Below, one piece after another: positions 9,862-20,302 of a stretch of DNA of 64,000 nt. The notes below the pieces were generated by a model. It made no database searches. It saw only the letters and a program-made list of their open reading frames with translations, and was not told the DNA's origin. Location: positions 320,001 to 384,000 of the forward strand of contig OZ245046.1 of assembly GCA_965224245.1 (NCBI GenBank), read 5' to 3'. The stretch is from Candidatus Eiseniibacteriota bacterium. GTDB lineage: Bacteria > Eisenbacteria > RBG-16-71-46 > CAZAMP01. Made by a program: the position numbers and the translations under genes. Position 1 is the first letter of the stretch. Every line of letters starts with the position of its first letter.

Positions 9862-12800
9862 ATGCGAGGTGATGTGCTCTCTCGACGCTCAAACACCCGG
9901 TCGATGCTCGGCGTCGCGCTGGGGTTCGTGGCGATCGTGCCGACCATGGACGCGCACGGGCGGACCTGGCACGTGCTCGCGGATGGCACCGGCGACGCGC
10001 CCACCATTCAGGCGGCGGTCGACTCGGCGCAGGCGGGCGACGAGGTGCTCGTGGGGCCCGGCCGGTACGGATGGCGCGGTCAGGGTGCGAGTGGCACCCA
10101 CATGGTCACCGTGGATGTTCCGATCTGGCTCCACTCCGAGAGTGGTGAAGACCTGACGATCATCGATGGCGAGCTCGAGGGCGGTCTGATCCAGGTCGAG
10201 GCGTCCGGTGGAACCACGACGATCGAGGGCTTCGTGCTGACCCGCGGGCGGTACGGCGGTGCCACGGGGTCGGTGGTCCGAGCGGTCGATTCCCGGGTCG
10301 TGATCCAGGGCAATCTCGTGACGTCGTGCTCGGGTGCCACGGTGTACGCGTCCTCGGGCAGCGTCGACGTCATCGACAATCGCTTCACGGGGAACCCGGG
10401 CTACGTTCGCCTCTCCTTCGGCGAACACACGATCTCCGGCAACGAGTTCGTGGGGGGCACTTTCTGGGTGCTGTTCGCGACGTCGACCGACGACCCGATC
10501 GAGATCGCCGACAACGTCTTCGCCGACAACGTGGCCTCACCGATCGTGTGGATGCGCGGTGATGGGGTCGTCGTCCGCGATTGCGTCTTCCGCGACAACA
10601 CGGGCTCCTCGGGCACCGGGATCGTGCACGCGACCTCGGGAAGTCTCATCGGATGCACGTTCGTGGCGAACGACCTGAACGACGGCCCGGTGATCGACGT
10701 CGTCGATCGCGTCCTGATGGATCGATGCATCGTCGCGAACACGCGCGGCGGGCCCGTCGCCCGGGGTGACGCCGGCACCCGCGTCACCGCGCGGTGCTGC
10801 TGCCTGTACGACAACCCCGCGGGTAGCTGGGTCGGTCCTCTCGACGGCAAGGACGGAACGGACGGCAACTTCACGGGGGTGCCGCGGTTCTGCGATCCGG
10901 ACGGAGCGGATTTCCGACTGGCCTCGAACTCGCCGTGTCTTCCCGGCAATCATCCCACGGGCGTGGCCTGCGGTCAGATCGGCGCGCTCGGACCCGGGTG
11001 CGCCGCGATCGAGCCCACGATCTGGCACGTCACCCCCGATGGCACCGGAGACGTGCCCACGATCGGCGACGCCATGGCGCTGGCGCGCACCGGCGATCAG
11101 ATCTGGCTCGATCCCGGCACGTACACGCGAGCCACGGAAGGCACCGCGGCAGCCGATCTCATCACGATGCGACCCGGCGTCCGGCTGCGGGGTCCGGGAG
11201 GGCCGAGCCTGACTCACATCGATGCCGAGGGAAGCGGGCGTGGCATTCGTGTCGCTCTGGGCGACGAGCTGACCGTGGTCGAAGGAGTCACGTTGCGCGG
11301 TGGCAATGCCGACTCCGGTGGTGGCGCGAGTGTGGAGGCGGGGTATGCCCAGTTCGAGAACGTGGTGTTCGAGGACAACGAGGCCGCCGGCTCCGGCGGC
11401 GCGCTGTCGGCGATCGACGCGTCTGTGGTGAGGTTGGAGAACACGCGTTTCGTGTCGAACCACAGTCTCCAGAGCGGTGGGGCGCTCGCGCTCGACGGGG
11501 GTGTGATCGAGCTCGTGGAGTGCGAGTTCTCGAGCAATTCGGCCGACGTCGACGGCGGCGCAGTGACGAACGAGAGAGGCCGGATCGAGGCACGGGAGAC
11601 GTCATTCGTGTCGAACACGGCCGCATCGCGGGGTGGGGCCGTCTTCCTGCGTCGAGGCGCCGTCTTCGAGGCATGCACGTTCCGGCTGAACGACGCGCTC
11701 GAGGGCGGTGCGATCTCCGCACGCGCGTTGACCGATGATGGGGTCACGATCTCCGGGTGCGACGTCGTGTCGAACACCGCCACCAGAGGGGGTGGCCTGC
11801 ACGTGTACGGGCTATGGTCGGGGCGACTCGACGTCGACGGCACGGTGTTCTTCGAGAACTCGGCCGGACAGGGTGGAGGGCTGTACCTCGCGTGGTGTGA
11901 GGATGCGGTTCAGGTGACCGGTACGACGCTCTACGGAAACACGGCGTCGGATGGGGCGCAGCTCTTCGTGCAGTCGGCATCGCCCGGAGTCTCGACCAGC
12001 ATCATCGCCTACGGGACGGGCGGACCGGCGATCGCTTGCGACGACTCGGGGGCCGGCGCCATGCCGTTCTTCACGTGCACCGATGCCTTCGGCAACGACG
12101 GAGGAGACGAGCTGTGCGGGGAGCTCGGCGCCGGCAACTTCTCGGCGGACCCGGCCTTGTGCGGGACGAGCCCGGATCTCCTGGGGCTGGATGCCGACTC
12201 GCCGTGTCTGGCCGGCAGTCACCCGGACGGGCTCGACTGCGGCCTCATCGGCGCGCGCGATCTCGCGTGCGGGGCTGCGCGCAACTTCCTCGTTCTCGCC
12301 GACGGCACCGGAGAGTTCTCCACGATCCAGGCCGCGATGAACGAGGCCGCGAACCGGGACACGATCACACTGGGTGCCGGTGAGTTCCGGGGCGACGGCA
12401 ACCGCGACGTGCACTTCCTCGGCAAGAACGTCATCGTTCGCTCACTGTCGGACGATCCGGCGTCCTCGATCATCGACTGCGAGGGGACCGACACCGATCC
12501 GCACAGAGGCTTCGTGTTCGATGGCCCGGAGGGACGCGTCGCGAGCGTGCGCGTGGTCACGATCCGCAACGGGAACGTCGTGTCACATGCCGATCCCGAC
12601 GGCGGGGCCATCCGGTGCGCGGCCGGGGCATCCCCGACCCTCGACCGCTGCCGGTTCGAGGCCAACGTTGCGATGTCCGGCGGCGCGATCTCGTCGGTGG
12701 CCGGCGATCCGGTCGTCGACGGCGGAATCTTCGTCGACAACGTCGCCATGGACGACGGTGGTGCGCTCCTCCTGGCTGGCTCCGGGACCGTCCGAGGGTC

Positions 12801-13614
12801 ACGCTTCGAAGGCAACCAGGCCCGACGGGGCGGGGCCGTCCACGCGGCATCCGGAGAGGTGACCGTCGACGGTTGCACGCTGGTCGAGAATGCCGCCAGC
12901 GAGAGTGGGGGAGCGCTCAGCGCGATCGACCAGATCCTGTCGATCCGGTCGTCCACCCTCGTCGCGAACGGGGCGCCGGTCGGTGGCGGTGCGTACGCGG
13001 CGGGAGGCACCCTGGACGTCGAGAACACGATCGTCGCCTTCGCCACCGCCGGGTCGGATCTCGCGTGCGACCCATCGACGACAACGATCGCCGTGGTCTG
13101 TTCGGACTTCTTCGGTAACGCCGGTGGCGACTGGACCGACCCCTGCCTCGTCGATCAGCTGGGAGCGGACGGCAACATCTCGGCCGACCCGCTCTTCTGC
13201 GGGGAGTCGCTCGGAGATCGGCGATTCGCACTGCGCGACGACTCCCCATGCGCCGAGTTTGCCACCGCCTGTGGCCGGATGGGGGCCTGGTCGAGTGGCT
13301 GCGAGATCGTGGGGATCGCGCAGGTGCCGGCGATGCCGCGACGTCTCGTACGCGTGGTGCCGAACCCGACCAACCCATCGGCTCGCTTCGTCTTCCACGC
13401 GGAGCCGGCCGGGGCTCCGGTGACGCTCACGATGTACGATGCGCTCGGACGCCGAGTTCGCGAGGTGACCTCGACGACGTCGAGCGCGGGAGAGACGGCG
13501 CTGTTCTGGGATGGACACGACCGGCACGGGAGATCCCTCCCCAGTGGCGTGTACTTCTTCAGGCTCGAGGTAGCGGGGCGGATCGAGACCGGATCGGTTC
13601 GTCTCGTACGGTGA
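9862..13614 (+). CDS. Secreted protein with three tandem beta-helix modules and C-terminal FlgD-Ig/T9SS-like domain
   Basis: Signal peptide; modules begin at 9967, 11023 and 12286 (xxVxxDGTG(D/E)xxTI); GGA(I/L/V) repeats; PNP..YDALGRRV..WDGHD..SGVYFFRL. Start uncertain (9862-9904). Confidence 0.85.
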   Translation: MRGDVLSRRSNTRSMLGVALGFVAIVPTMDAHGRTWHVLADGTGDAPTIQAAVDSAQAGDEVLVGPGRYGWRGQGASGTHMVTVDVPIWLHSESGEDLTIIDGELEGGLIQVEASGGTTTIEGFVLTRGRYGGATGSVVRAVDSRVVIQGNLVTSCSGATVYASSGSVDVIDNRFTGNPGYVRLSFGEHTISGNEFVGGTFWVLFATSTDDPIEIADNVFADNVASPIVWMRGDGVVVRDCVFRDNTGSSGTGIVHATSGSLIGCTFVANDLNDGPVIDVVDRVLMDRCIVANTRGGPVARGDAGTRVTARCCCLYDNPAGSWVGPLDGKDGTDGNFTGVPRFCDPDGADFRLASNSPCLPGNHPTGVACGQIGALGPGCAAIEPTIWHVTPDGTGDVPTIGDAMALARTGDQIWLDPGTYTRATEGTAAADLITMRPGVRLRGPGGPSLTHIDAEGSGRGIRVALGDELTVVEGVTLRGGNADSGGGASVEAGYAQFENVVFEDNEAAGSGGALSAIDASVVRLENTRFVSNHSLQSGGALALDGGVIELVECEFSSNSADVDGGAVTNERGRIEARETSFVSNTAASRGGAVFLRRGAVFEACTFRLNDALEGGAISARALTDDGVTISGCDVVSNTATRGGGLHVYGLWSGRLDVDGTVFFENSAGQGGGLYLAWCEDAVQVTGTTLYGNTASDGAQLFVQSASPGVSTSIIAYGTGGPAIACDDSGAGAMPFFTCTDAFGNDGGDELCGELGAGNFSADPALCGTSPDLLGLDADSPCLAGSHPDGLDCGLIGARDLACGAARNFLVLADGTGEFSTIQAAMNEAANRDTITLGAGEFRGDGNRDVHFLGKNVIVRSLSDDPASSIIDCEGTDTDPHRGFVFDGPEGRVASVRVVTIRNGNVVSHADPDGGAIRCAAGASPTLDRCRFEANVAMSGGAISSVAGDPVVDGGIFVDNVAMDDGGALLLAGSGTVRGSRFEGNQARRGGAVHAASGEVTVDGCTLVENAASESGGALSAIDQILSIRSSTLVANGAPVGGGAYAAGGTLDVENTIVAFATAGSDLACDPSTTTIAVVCSDFFGNAGGDWTDPCLVDQLGADGNISADPLFCGESLGDRRFALRDDSPCAEFATACGRMGAWSSGCEIVGIAQVPAMPRRLVRVVPNPTNPSARFVFHAEPAGAPVTLTMYDALGRRVREVTSTTSSAGETALFWDGHDRHGRSLPSGVYFFRLEVAGRIETGSVRLVR

Positions 13615-13672
13615 TCTCGAGGAGTGCCGGGGGCGGCGAGCGGCGCACATCAACCGAGCGCGGCCCGTGCGA

Positions 13673-14362
13673 CTAGGGGGATCCTCCGCCGTACAGCGCT
13701 CTCAACTGCCCCCAGGTCGAGGCACGAACCGGCGTGTCGTTCAGCTCGTCGTAGAGCACGATGAACGCGCTCTCGGCCGCGTACCCGAACAGCGACTCGA
13801 CCGGCACCCAACTCGGGAAGCCGAAGGTCGCGGAACGCACCCACGCCTGCTGACCGTTTCCTTGGCCCGCCGACCACGCCCAGATGGGAGGAGAGCACAG
13901 GTTGGCCACGATCGAGACGAAGTACGACGTGCCCGCTAGCCCCTCGAACGTGTCGGAGGCGACGCAGTAAGAGTACGGCTCGCCGGCCGTCTCGTTGAAC
14001 TCGGTGGTCTCGACCGCGTGCACGACGTCTCCCGGAGAGCCGCCGTCGTTCTCGTAGAAGGTCAACGTGAACGAGTTCGGCGTGATGTGGTCTCCGTAGA
14101 CCTCCTCACCCCACCATCCGACGCCGACCAGCCGGGCTCCCGACATGGTGAACACGAAGTCGTCGGCGCATTCGATCCGGGTCGGGTAGCAGACGTCGTC
14201 GTCCGACAGAAGCGGCTCGCCACCGGTGGGCAGCTGAAACCACTCGACGTCGCCCTCACAGTCGAACACGTCCAGCACGTCGGCAGCGGCGGGACCGGGC
14301 ATGCCGACCGCCACGGCCATTCCGCCCAGCCAGACGAGCCGTGCAATCTGTATCGTACGCAT
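13673..14362 (-). CDS. Secreted hypothetical protein with C-terminal W-motif tail
   Basis: Signal peptide MRTIQIARLVWLGGMAVAVGMPGPAAA; beta-rich body (ADDF, WWG, AGTSYFVSI); tail TPVRASTWGQLRALYGG. Confidence 0.8.
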   Translation of the reverse strand: MRTIQIARLVWLGGMAVAVGMPGPAAADVLDVFDCEGDVEWFQLPTGGEPLLSDDDVCYPTRIECADDFVFTMSGARLVGVGWWGEEVYGDHITPNSFTLTFYENDGGSPGDVVHAVETTEFNETAGEPYSYCVASDTFEGLAGTSYFVSIVANLCSPPIWAWSAGQGNGQQAWVRSATFGFPSWVPVESLFGYAAESAFIVLYDELNDTPVRASTWGQLRALYGGGSP

Positions 14363-14578
14363 CTTCTGACCCCACTCGAGAGCGACATGTCGTGGCATTA
14401 TCGCACGACTCGGGCGTGTCGTGCGGCTCACCGACCCGTTACAGTGGCCTGCGGACCAGCGGGTCGGGTCCGGGCGAGCGATTCCTCATCATCGCCCTGC
14501 ATGAAGTCGATCCAGGTGTGAGACGCCGTGAGGTCCGGCCTCGAAGGGGGTTCGGAGCCGTCGGAAGGAGCTCGTTCA

Positions 14579-16477
14579 ATGCCGGGTGTCGTTGGCCTGG
14601 TTCGCCGGGATCGAGGTGTCGCATCGCTCGAGCCGGCGCTCCGGAGCCTCTCGCATCTTCCCACATATCACACGCGAGAGATCCCGCTCGCGCCGGGCGT
14701 CGTGCTCGGCGAGGCACTGCCTCGCGAGCCGATCGGAGCCGCCGAGCCCACGTGGGCCCTCGATGGGGCCGGCGAGACCGGTGTGCTCGTCGGGGGACAC
14801 GTGCTCCTCGACGGAGACCACCCCCGCCGGCTCTCGGCCCGGGACATCCTCTCCGACGTCCAGCGACACGGGTTCGACGTACTGTCGTCGTACGACGGGA
14901 GCTTCTGCGTCGTCGTCGTGAACCTGGTGAGCCGGGAGCTGCACGTCGTCAACGATCGGCTGGGGCTGCTCCCGATCTACTATCGCCACGACGACGAGGT
15001 CTTCGCGTTCGGCCCCGAGGCGAAGGCGGTGACCCTCGCGACCGGGAAGCCGGTCCGGCTGGACGAGATCGGGCTGCTCAACTTCATCTCCGCCGGCTAC
15101 TGCTATCACGACCGAACGGTCTTCGACGAGATCCGGGTGCTCACCCCGGGGACCCACCTCACGCTCGACCTGGACGCGCTGACGCTCACGCGGCGCCGGC
15201 ACTGGCGGATGGTCTTCGAGCGGGATCCCGATCTCGACGATCGCACGCGAGCAGAGGACGCGCTGCACGACGCGCTCCTGAGAGCCCACGAGCTCGCACT
15301 CGCGGACGCCGGTGACGACGTCGATCTGCTTCTGTCCGGTGGCCTCGACTCCCGGGGCATCCTGGCGTTTCTTCGCGAGCTCGATCGACTGCCCCGCCGC
15401 GCGCTCTCGTTCGGGCTCTCCGACGCATATCCCAACTCGGACGGCTGGCTCGCCCGGCGCATGGCCGCCCACTGTGGCGTCCCGTTCGAGTTCCTCTCCT
15501 TCGACACCGACGCGTTCGCCGGCCAGGCGGAACGGTGGTGTGCGATCTCCGAGCTCGCCAACGACAACGTCGGCTGGTACGCGGAGGGCGTCGGCGCCCT
15601 CACGAGCTTCTTCTCGGTCGCCGGCGACTTCACGCTGGTCGGCGACGAGACCTGGGGCGGCAACGGCTGGGTCTTCAGTCGAGACGAGGCGATCGCGATC
15701 AACTTCCCCGGCGTGTATCCGCGCCCCCTCGACGAGGCGCTGCGCGCCGATCGTGTTCCGGGGCTCCTGGCGGCCTACCGGGCGCTGATCGATCGGAGTC
15801 TCGCCGAGGACGTGTCCACCGACTGGCTCGACACGAAAGACTATCTCTACACCCACGTGCGATTGGCCCGCTTCATCGGGGCCGTGGGCTACTGGAAGGA
15901 GATCGCGACCCCGATCCGGCGGCCGTTCCTGGCCAATCGCGTCGTCGAGGTGATCCGGCGGATGCCCGGTCGGTATCGGAATCACAAGGGCCTCTACGTC
16001 AGCATGCTCCGGCGCCGCTTCCCCGACCTCGCCGCTTTCCCGGGAATGAAGGTCAGCGGGCTCCCCGACTGGCGATACGACATCCGGCGTCGACCCGGCG
16101 TGACCGAGCACTTCCGTGCCCTTCTCAATCCCGATCGCGTGCTGGCGGGCCCTCTCGGCCGTGCCTTCGATCCCGACGCCTATCGCCGGATCCACGATCG
16201 CTTCCTCGACGGGGACGCTCGGGCCACCGCGCGCAGCCGAGGGCCCGGCGCGTACCTGATGCGATGGGCGCTGCGCTCGTTCGGGGCGACGCGCGGCTAC
16301 GCCGAGGCGGTGCGGCTCTACAAGCGATTCGCGGGGGGAACGGCGAACGCCGTCATCGGCGACTACGAGTTCCTTCGCCGCGTGGCGCTGGTGAGCCTGC
16401 TCGACTCGGTGTTGCCGGCGTTCGAGAGTGACGGCGCCCGACGTGCCGTGCCCGGACAGCGGTCGCGATCGGCGTAG
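14579..16477 (+). CDS. Asparagine synthetase B-like protein (Ntn domain + ATP pyrophosphatase) lacking the N-terminal Cys
   Basis: AAGGAG RBS; begins MPGVVG; DGSF, NDRLGLLPIYY, PP-loop LLSGGLDSR, RRPFL. Confidence 0.82.
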   Translation: MPGVVGLVRRDRGVASLEPALRSLSHLPTYHTREIPLAPGVVLGEALPREPIGAAEPTWALDGAGETGVLVGGHVLLDGDHPRRLSARDILSDVQRHGFDVLSSYDGSFCVVVVNLVSRELHVVNDRLGLLPIYYRHDDEVFAFGPEAKAVTLATGKPVRLDEIGLLNFISAGYCYHDRTVFDEIRVLTPGTHLTLDLDALTLTRRRHWRMVFERDPDLDDRTRAEDALHDALLRAHELALADAGDDVDLLLSGGLDSRGILAFLRELDRLPRRALSFGLSDAYPNSDGWLARRMAAHCGVPFEFLSFDTDAFAGQAERWCAISELANDNVGWYAEGVGALTSFFSVAGDFTLVGDETWGGNGWVFSRDEAIAINFPGVYPRPLDEALRADRVPGLLAAYRALIDRSLAEDVSTDWLDTKDYLYTHVRLARFIGAVGYWKEIATPIRRPFLANRVVEVIRRMPGRYRNHKGLYVSMLRRRFPDLAAFPGMKVSGLPDWRYDIRRRPGVTEHFRALLNPDRVLAGPLGRAFDPDAYRRIHDRFLDGDARATARSRGPGAYLMRWALRSFGATRGYAEAVRLYKRFAGGTANAVIGDYEFLRRVALVSLLDSVLPAFESDGARRAVPGQRSRSA

Positions 16478-16555
16478 CCTCGTGCTCCCGAGCGGATCGT
16501 GGCGCAGGAGTCGCCACGAGACCGATCCATCGGCGGCGTCAACCGGGCGCGGTCG

Positions 16556-17926
16556 TCAGGGCAGCCTCACGATCCGGCGTACGAACGTCCGGTCGTCCAC
16601 GAGGACGTGGAGAAAGTAGATCCCCGCTGCGGCGGGGCGCCCGCCGGGCCGGTGTCCATCCCAGGCGAGAACGTGCGTGCCGGTCGCCAGCGGCGAATCC
16701 AGCACCGTGGAGACGACCCGACCGCTCACCGAGAAGACTCGAGCGCGAACGCGAGCGGCGGACGGCAGCGCGAGCCGGAACACACCGCGGTCGCGCGACG
16801 GATTCGGCCCCAGCCGGGTCAGCGCGACCGCCGGGCGGGTCTCCGGCGGCACGCCGACCGTCGCATCGGGGAGCCGGGCCAGCCATGCCTCGGTGTTGCC
16901 GTCGGGGTTCCGGCCGTATCCGACGATCGTCCGTCCATCGGCGGACACGTCGGTCGCGCTCTGAAGGAGCCACGACGAGAGGTCGATCCCCTCGTCGGCC
17001 AGCACGTCGGCGACACGGCGGATCCCGTGCGTCGCGTCCCACACGATGGCCGGCGAGCCCACCGCCACCGAGCCGTCGGCCGACACCGCCTCGAACCAGG
17101 CACCGCCTCCGGCCCCGTGAAGCGGGTCGGGCCGCACGTAGCCGGTCTCCTCGCGCCAGAGCCACGGCTCGCTCGTCCCGCCGATGTGCGCGTCGCCGAC
17201 GACGGTCGTGCCGTCCTCGGAGATCCCCCAGGCCAGCGCGTAGGGGTCCCCATCCGGCACGTCGCCCAGCGAGTCGAGCCCGGTGGCCTCGGTCCAGATC
17301 ATGGGCTCGACGTCGAAGCCGTGGTGGAAGCTGAAGCCCGCGAGGATCGACCCGTCCGCCGACGAGGCGGTCATGAAGCTGTCGTGGAGCGTCGACGGAA
17401 GCCACCCCAGCGGCTCGAACCCTGCCGTCTCCGTCCAGCGAAACGCCTGGTTGGCCGGCTCCGCCGCCGACTCCGCAACGCCGACGATCGTCGTCCCGTC
17501 CGAGGACAGGTCAAGGGGGCGGGCCTGGACGAGGATGCCCGTCGTGTCCGGGACCTCGACGAGCCCACTCGATGCCGTCCAGACGATGGGCCAGGGACCG
17601 CTTCCCGAGAGCACGATCCGTGATCCATCGGCGGACACGCCGAGAGCGCGACTATCCGGAGGAGATGCGAGGCCACCCAGACCGACCAGCCCGTCGCTCG
17701 TCGTCCAGCGGAAGGCCTCGTCGGGATCGCCCTCCGACGAGGACCGGCTGTACCCGACGACGGTGGTGCCGTCCGCCGAGACGGCGGTCGCGATGCTGTG
17801 AAACGCACCGCCCGGCAGATCTCCGAGAGGGACGAAAGCCGCGGACCCGGTGGCGCCGGCGTACCCGCTCGTGCACGCCGTGGCCGCCGTCGTGAGCAGC
17901 GCGACAACCGGTGGGAAGGGACGCAC
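16556..17926 (-). CDS. Secreted HAF-repeat extracellular protein with FlgD-Ig/T9SS-like CTD
   Basis: GTG start with GGAG; PLGDLPGG..ATAVSADGTTVVG..EAFRWT repeats; PNPS..WDG..AAGIYFL..RIVRLP. Confidence 0.85.
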   Translation of the reverse strand: MRPFPPVVALLTTAATACTSGYAGATGSAAFVPLGDLPGGAFHSIATAVSADGTTVVGYSRSSSEGDPDEAFRWTTSDGLVGLGGLASPPDSRALGVSADGSRIVLSGSGPWPIVWTASSGLVEVPDTTGILVQARPLDLSSDGTTIVGVAESAAEPANQAFRWTETAGFEPLGWLPSTLHDSFMTASSADGSILAGFSFHHGFDVEPMIWTEATGLDSLGDVPDGDPYALAWGISEDGTTVVGDAHIGGTSEPWLWREETGYVRPDPLHGAGGGAWFEAVSADGSVAVGSPAIVWDATHGIRRVADVLADEGIDLSSWLLQSATDVSADGRTIVGYGRNPDGNTEAWLARLPDATVGVPPETRPAVALTRLGPNPSRDRGVFRLALPSAARVRARVFSVSGRVVSTVLDSPLATGTHVLAWDGHRPGGRPAAAGIYFLHVLVDDRTFVRRIVRLP

Positions 17927-18183
17927 AGGCGATGCTCCGCTGTCGTGGGACCGCTCGGGTCCGAGGGTGGTCGGACGACACGCTGGCGATGGGCGCGGCC
18001 TCGCGGCCGGCCTCCATCGATTCAGACGCGCGGCTGAACCGGATGATACCTCCCCGCCGCCCGCGCGTGGCGAGCTCGGCGCTCGCCGGAGACGTGACGG
18101 CGCTCGACGGGCGATGACGCGAAGAGGGGACGCAGGCGACCGGTCGGTCGCCTGCGTCCCCGGTGCGTTCGCCGGCGGTCCGG

Positions 18184-19773
18184 CTACGGCAGGTGGGAGG
18201 CCAGGTCGCCCTCGCCGTCGAAGATCTCGCGCCAGGACACGCGCTTCCACGAGTTCAACGGGTTCGGGAAGCACGGCGGCGGGAACTCGCGGATGTCGTG
18301 ATCGTAGTTGTACTGCCACGTGATCCGTCCGGCGGCGATGCCCTCCACCGTTCCCGACGACCACGGTACGGCGCTCGCACCGTCGTACGTGATGAGCGGA
18401 CCGTTCAGGTTCAGCACCCAGTGGTCGGTCGTCAGGTTGAGCTCGTCCCAGCCCGTGAACGGATCCGGATCGTGGTTCACCGGGGTCTCACCCACGATCT
18501 GGTCCATGTCGAGGTCCACCGGACCGGTCAGCATCGGCGGGTGCGCCGACATGCCGGGGTTGCGGGCGCGCCAGTTGCGTCGCACAGCCATGATCGCGGC
18601 GTCGATCTGGACGATCTGGGGGACGTCGCCCAGGTAGACGTAGTAGTGACCGATGAGGCCGAGGTTGACGGGGTCGCCGGTGCCGTTGGGCGCGCCGGTG
18701 CCGGCGTCGAAGCCGGTCGTGCCCGTGTAGATGCTGCCCTCGACGTAGACGTCCCGATCGGCATAGATCGACATCGAGTGTCCGCTCCGGCCGTCCATCG
18801 TGCCGAACACGTGGGCGTCGCGGGCGAAGAAGATGATGCCGTTGAAGTCCTCGAGCCGCAGCGGGGCGCCGGTGGTCACGTTCTCGCAGGGCACGCCGTT
18901 GTAGGTGATGATCGTGTTGCCCGGTGACGTCGTCGTGTCGTGGAAGTCGAAGAGGCTCAGGTTCAGCCAGTCTCCGGTGCTCGAGATGCCGATGGGGTCC
19001 GTGGTTGGCAGGTTCACGTAGAGGCCGACCGCGCCGCCGTACTCGCAGGCGCTTCTCGTCCCGCTGCCGCGGGCCTGATCGGCGATCTCGTCGAAGTCCA
19101 CCGAGCCCAGGATGTCGATCTCGGGCGCGTGCTCGGTGAAGCCGCGCATGAACTCGGCGCCGGTGGGGTTGTTGATGTCGCCGGTCACCGTGACGTGCTC
19201 CAGAAAGCGGGGCTGCTCCCCGACGGCACAGGTCGCGATGTTCAGGTTGCCTCCGACGTAGAGCTCGGCTTCCACGTCGTCGCGGCAGCCGTACCCCGTA
19301 CCGGTGGTGGCCACGAAACGCGCGAACTTCAGGAACGACTCCTTCGCGAACTCGACCTGAACGCGACGCTTCGCGCCCCGGACGTTGCCTTCGGACACGA
19401 GGTTGAAGCCCTGGGAGCGGTAGGCGGAGACCGCGTCGATGCCGCGGATCTCGGTGGCCTCGCCGATGACGCGGTAGTGCCCGCCCCAGTCCAGCGTGTC
19501 GGCCAGCTCGAAGTCGAAGTACCCGTCACCATCGGCGTCCTCGAGAGGGGCGGTGAGCGTCTTCAGCGCGTTCTCGGCCACCGCGATTCCGGTCTCCGCG
19601 GCCGCGAGCGCGTCGGCGGCGTCACGGCCGTAGCGACTGACCGAACGGTCCGACATGGCGTTGAAGACGATGGCGGTTCCGAGCAAGGCCATTGCGCCCA
19701 GGATCATCAGGGTCACGATGAGCGCGCCACCTCGTTCGGAGGTCAGGGCGCGTATGTGGCGTGTGTCGGCCAT
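18184..19773 (-). CDS. PilX-like minor pilin / pilus assembly protein
   Basis: GGAGG RBS; ERGGALIVTLMIL hydrophobic helix then ALAAAETGI (PilX N-terminal pattern); ends YDHD..PPPCFP..SWREI. Confidence 0.75.
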   Translation of the reverse strand: MADTRHIRALTSERGGALIVTLMILGAMALLGTAIVFNAMSDRSVSRYGRDAADALAAAETGIAVAENALKTLTAPLEDADGDGYFDFELADTLDWGGHYRVIGEATEIRGIDAVSAYRSQGFNLVSEGNVRGAKRRVQVEFAKESFLKFARFVATTGTGYGCRDDVEAELYVGGNLNIATCAVGEQPRFLEHVTVTGDINNPTGAEFMRGFTEHAPEIDILGSVDFDEIADQARGSGTRSACEYGGAVGLYVNLPTTDPIGISSTGDWLNLSLFDFHDTTTSPGNTIITYNGVPCENVTTGAPLRLEDFNGIIFFARDAHVFGTMDGRSGHSMSIYADRDVYVEGSIYTGTTGFDAGTGAPNGTGDPVNLGLIGHYYVYLGDVPQIVQIDAAIMAVRRNWRARNPGMSAHPPMLTGPVDLDMDQIVGETPVNHDPDPFTGWDELNLTTDHWVLNLNGPLITYDGASAVPWSSGTVEGIAAGRITWQYNYDHDIREFPPPCFPNPLNSWKRVSWREIFDGEGDLASHLP

Positions 19774-20302
19774 GGCGGCCTCCGATTGGCAGGAGAGGGA
19801 CTCGCACCTTGTCTGATCGTTCTTCGGCGCGTCGGGAGGTAATCTGAGCGCTCAGTTCGCCGGAGCCCCGCAAAGAGGAGGAGATCAACCGCATTCGAGG
19901 TCGCCCGGGCGATGGGCGGCGTCTTCCAGCCGCCGGACGTCGCCCCTCGGGCACCGGACGGCCCCGGTCTCTCCCCACGCAGGCACTCACTCCCGTCGGT
20001 GCGAGACGCAGTGGTATCGCCCGGGCTCATCGCGTGAGCACATCCCCCAGCGGTCCATTCCAGGGAGACGGAACCGACGACACGCGATCAGAGCGTCTCG
20101 GGTACGAGCTCGACGGACAGTCCGTCGGGCTCGTTCAGATCGAGCGGCAACCGACGCATCCAGACGTTCACGCTGGTGTGCCACCCGGGTGTCGAGAGCG
20201 CGGGCGACTTCTGGGCGCGAGTGGGGGGAACCTGGAAGAGAGCCGAGTACGTCGGTCGACGCTACCTCGCGAGCCGCTGACGGCTCCCGAGACGTGACGA
20301 TC

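Noticed and set aside
14400-16550. Lasso-peptide cluster around the AsnB-like gene
   Set aside because: No B1/B2 protein, transporter or plausible precursor ORF nearby.
19935-19980. Minus-strand GGAGAGACCGG..CCGGTGCCCGAGGGGCGA resembling the 5' part of a glycine riboswitch
   Set aside because: The CCGAAG and CTCAGG cores are not properly present and the downstream gene is pilus-related; an Rfam/Infernal scan would be needed.
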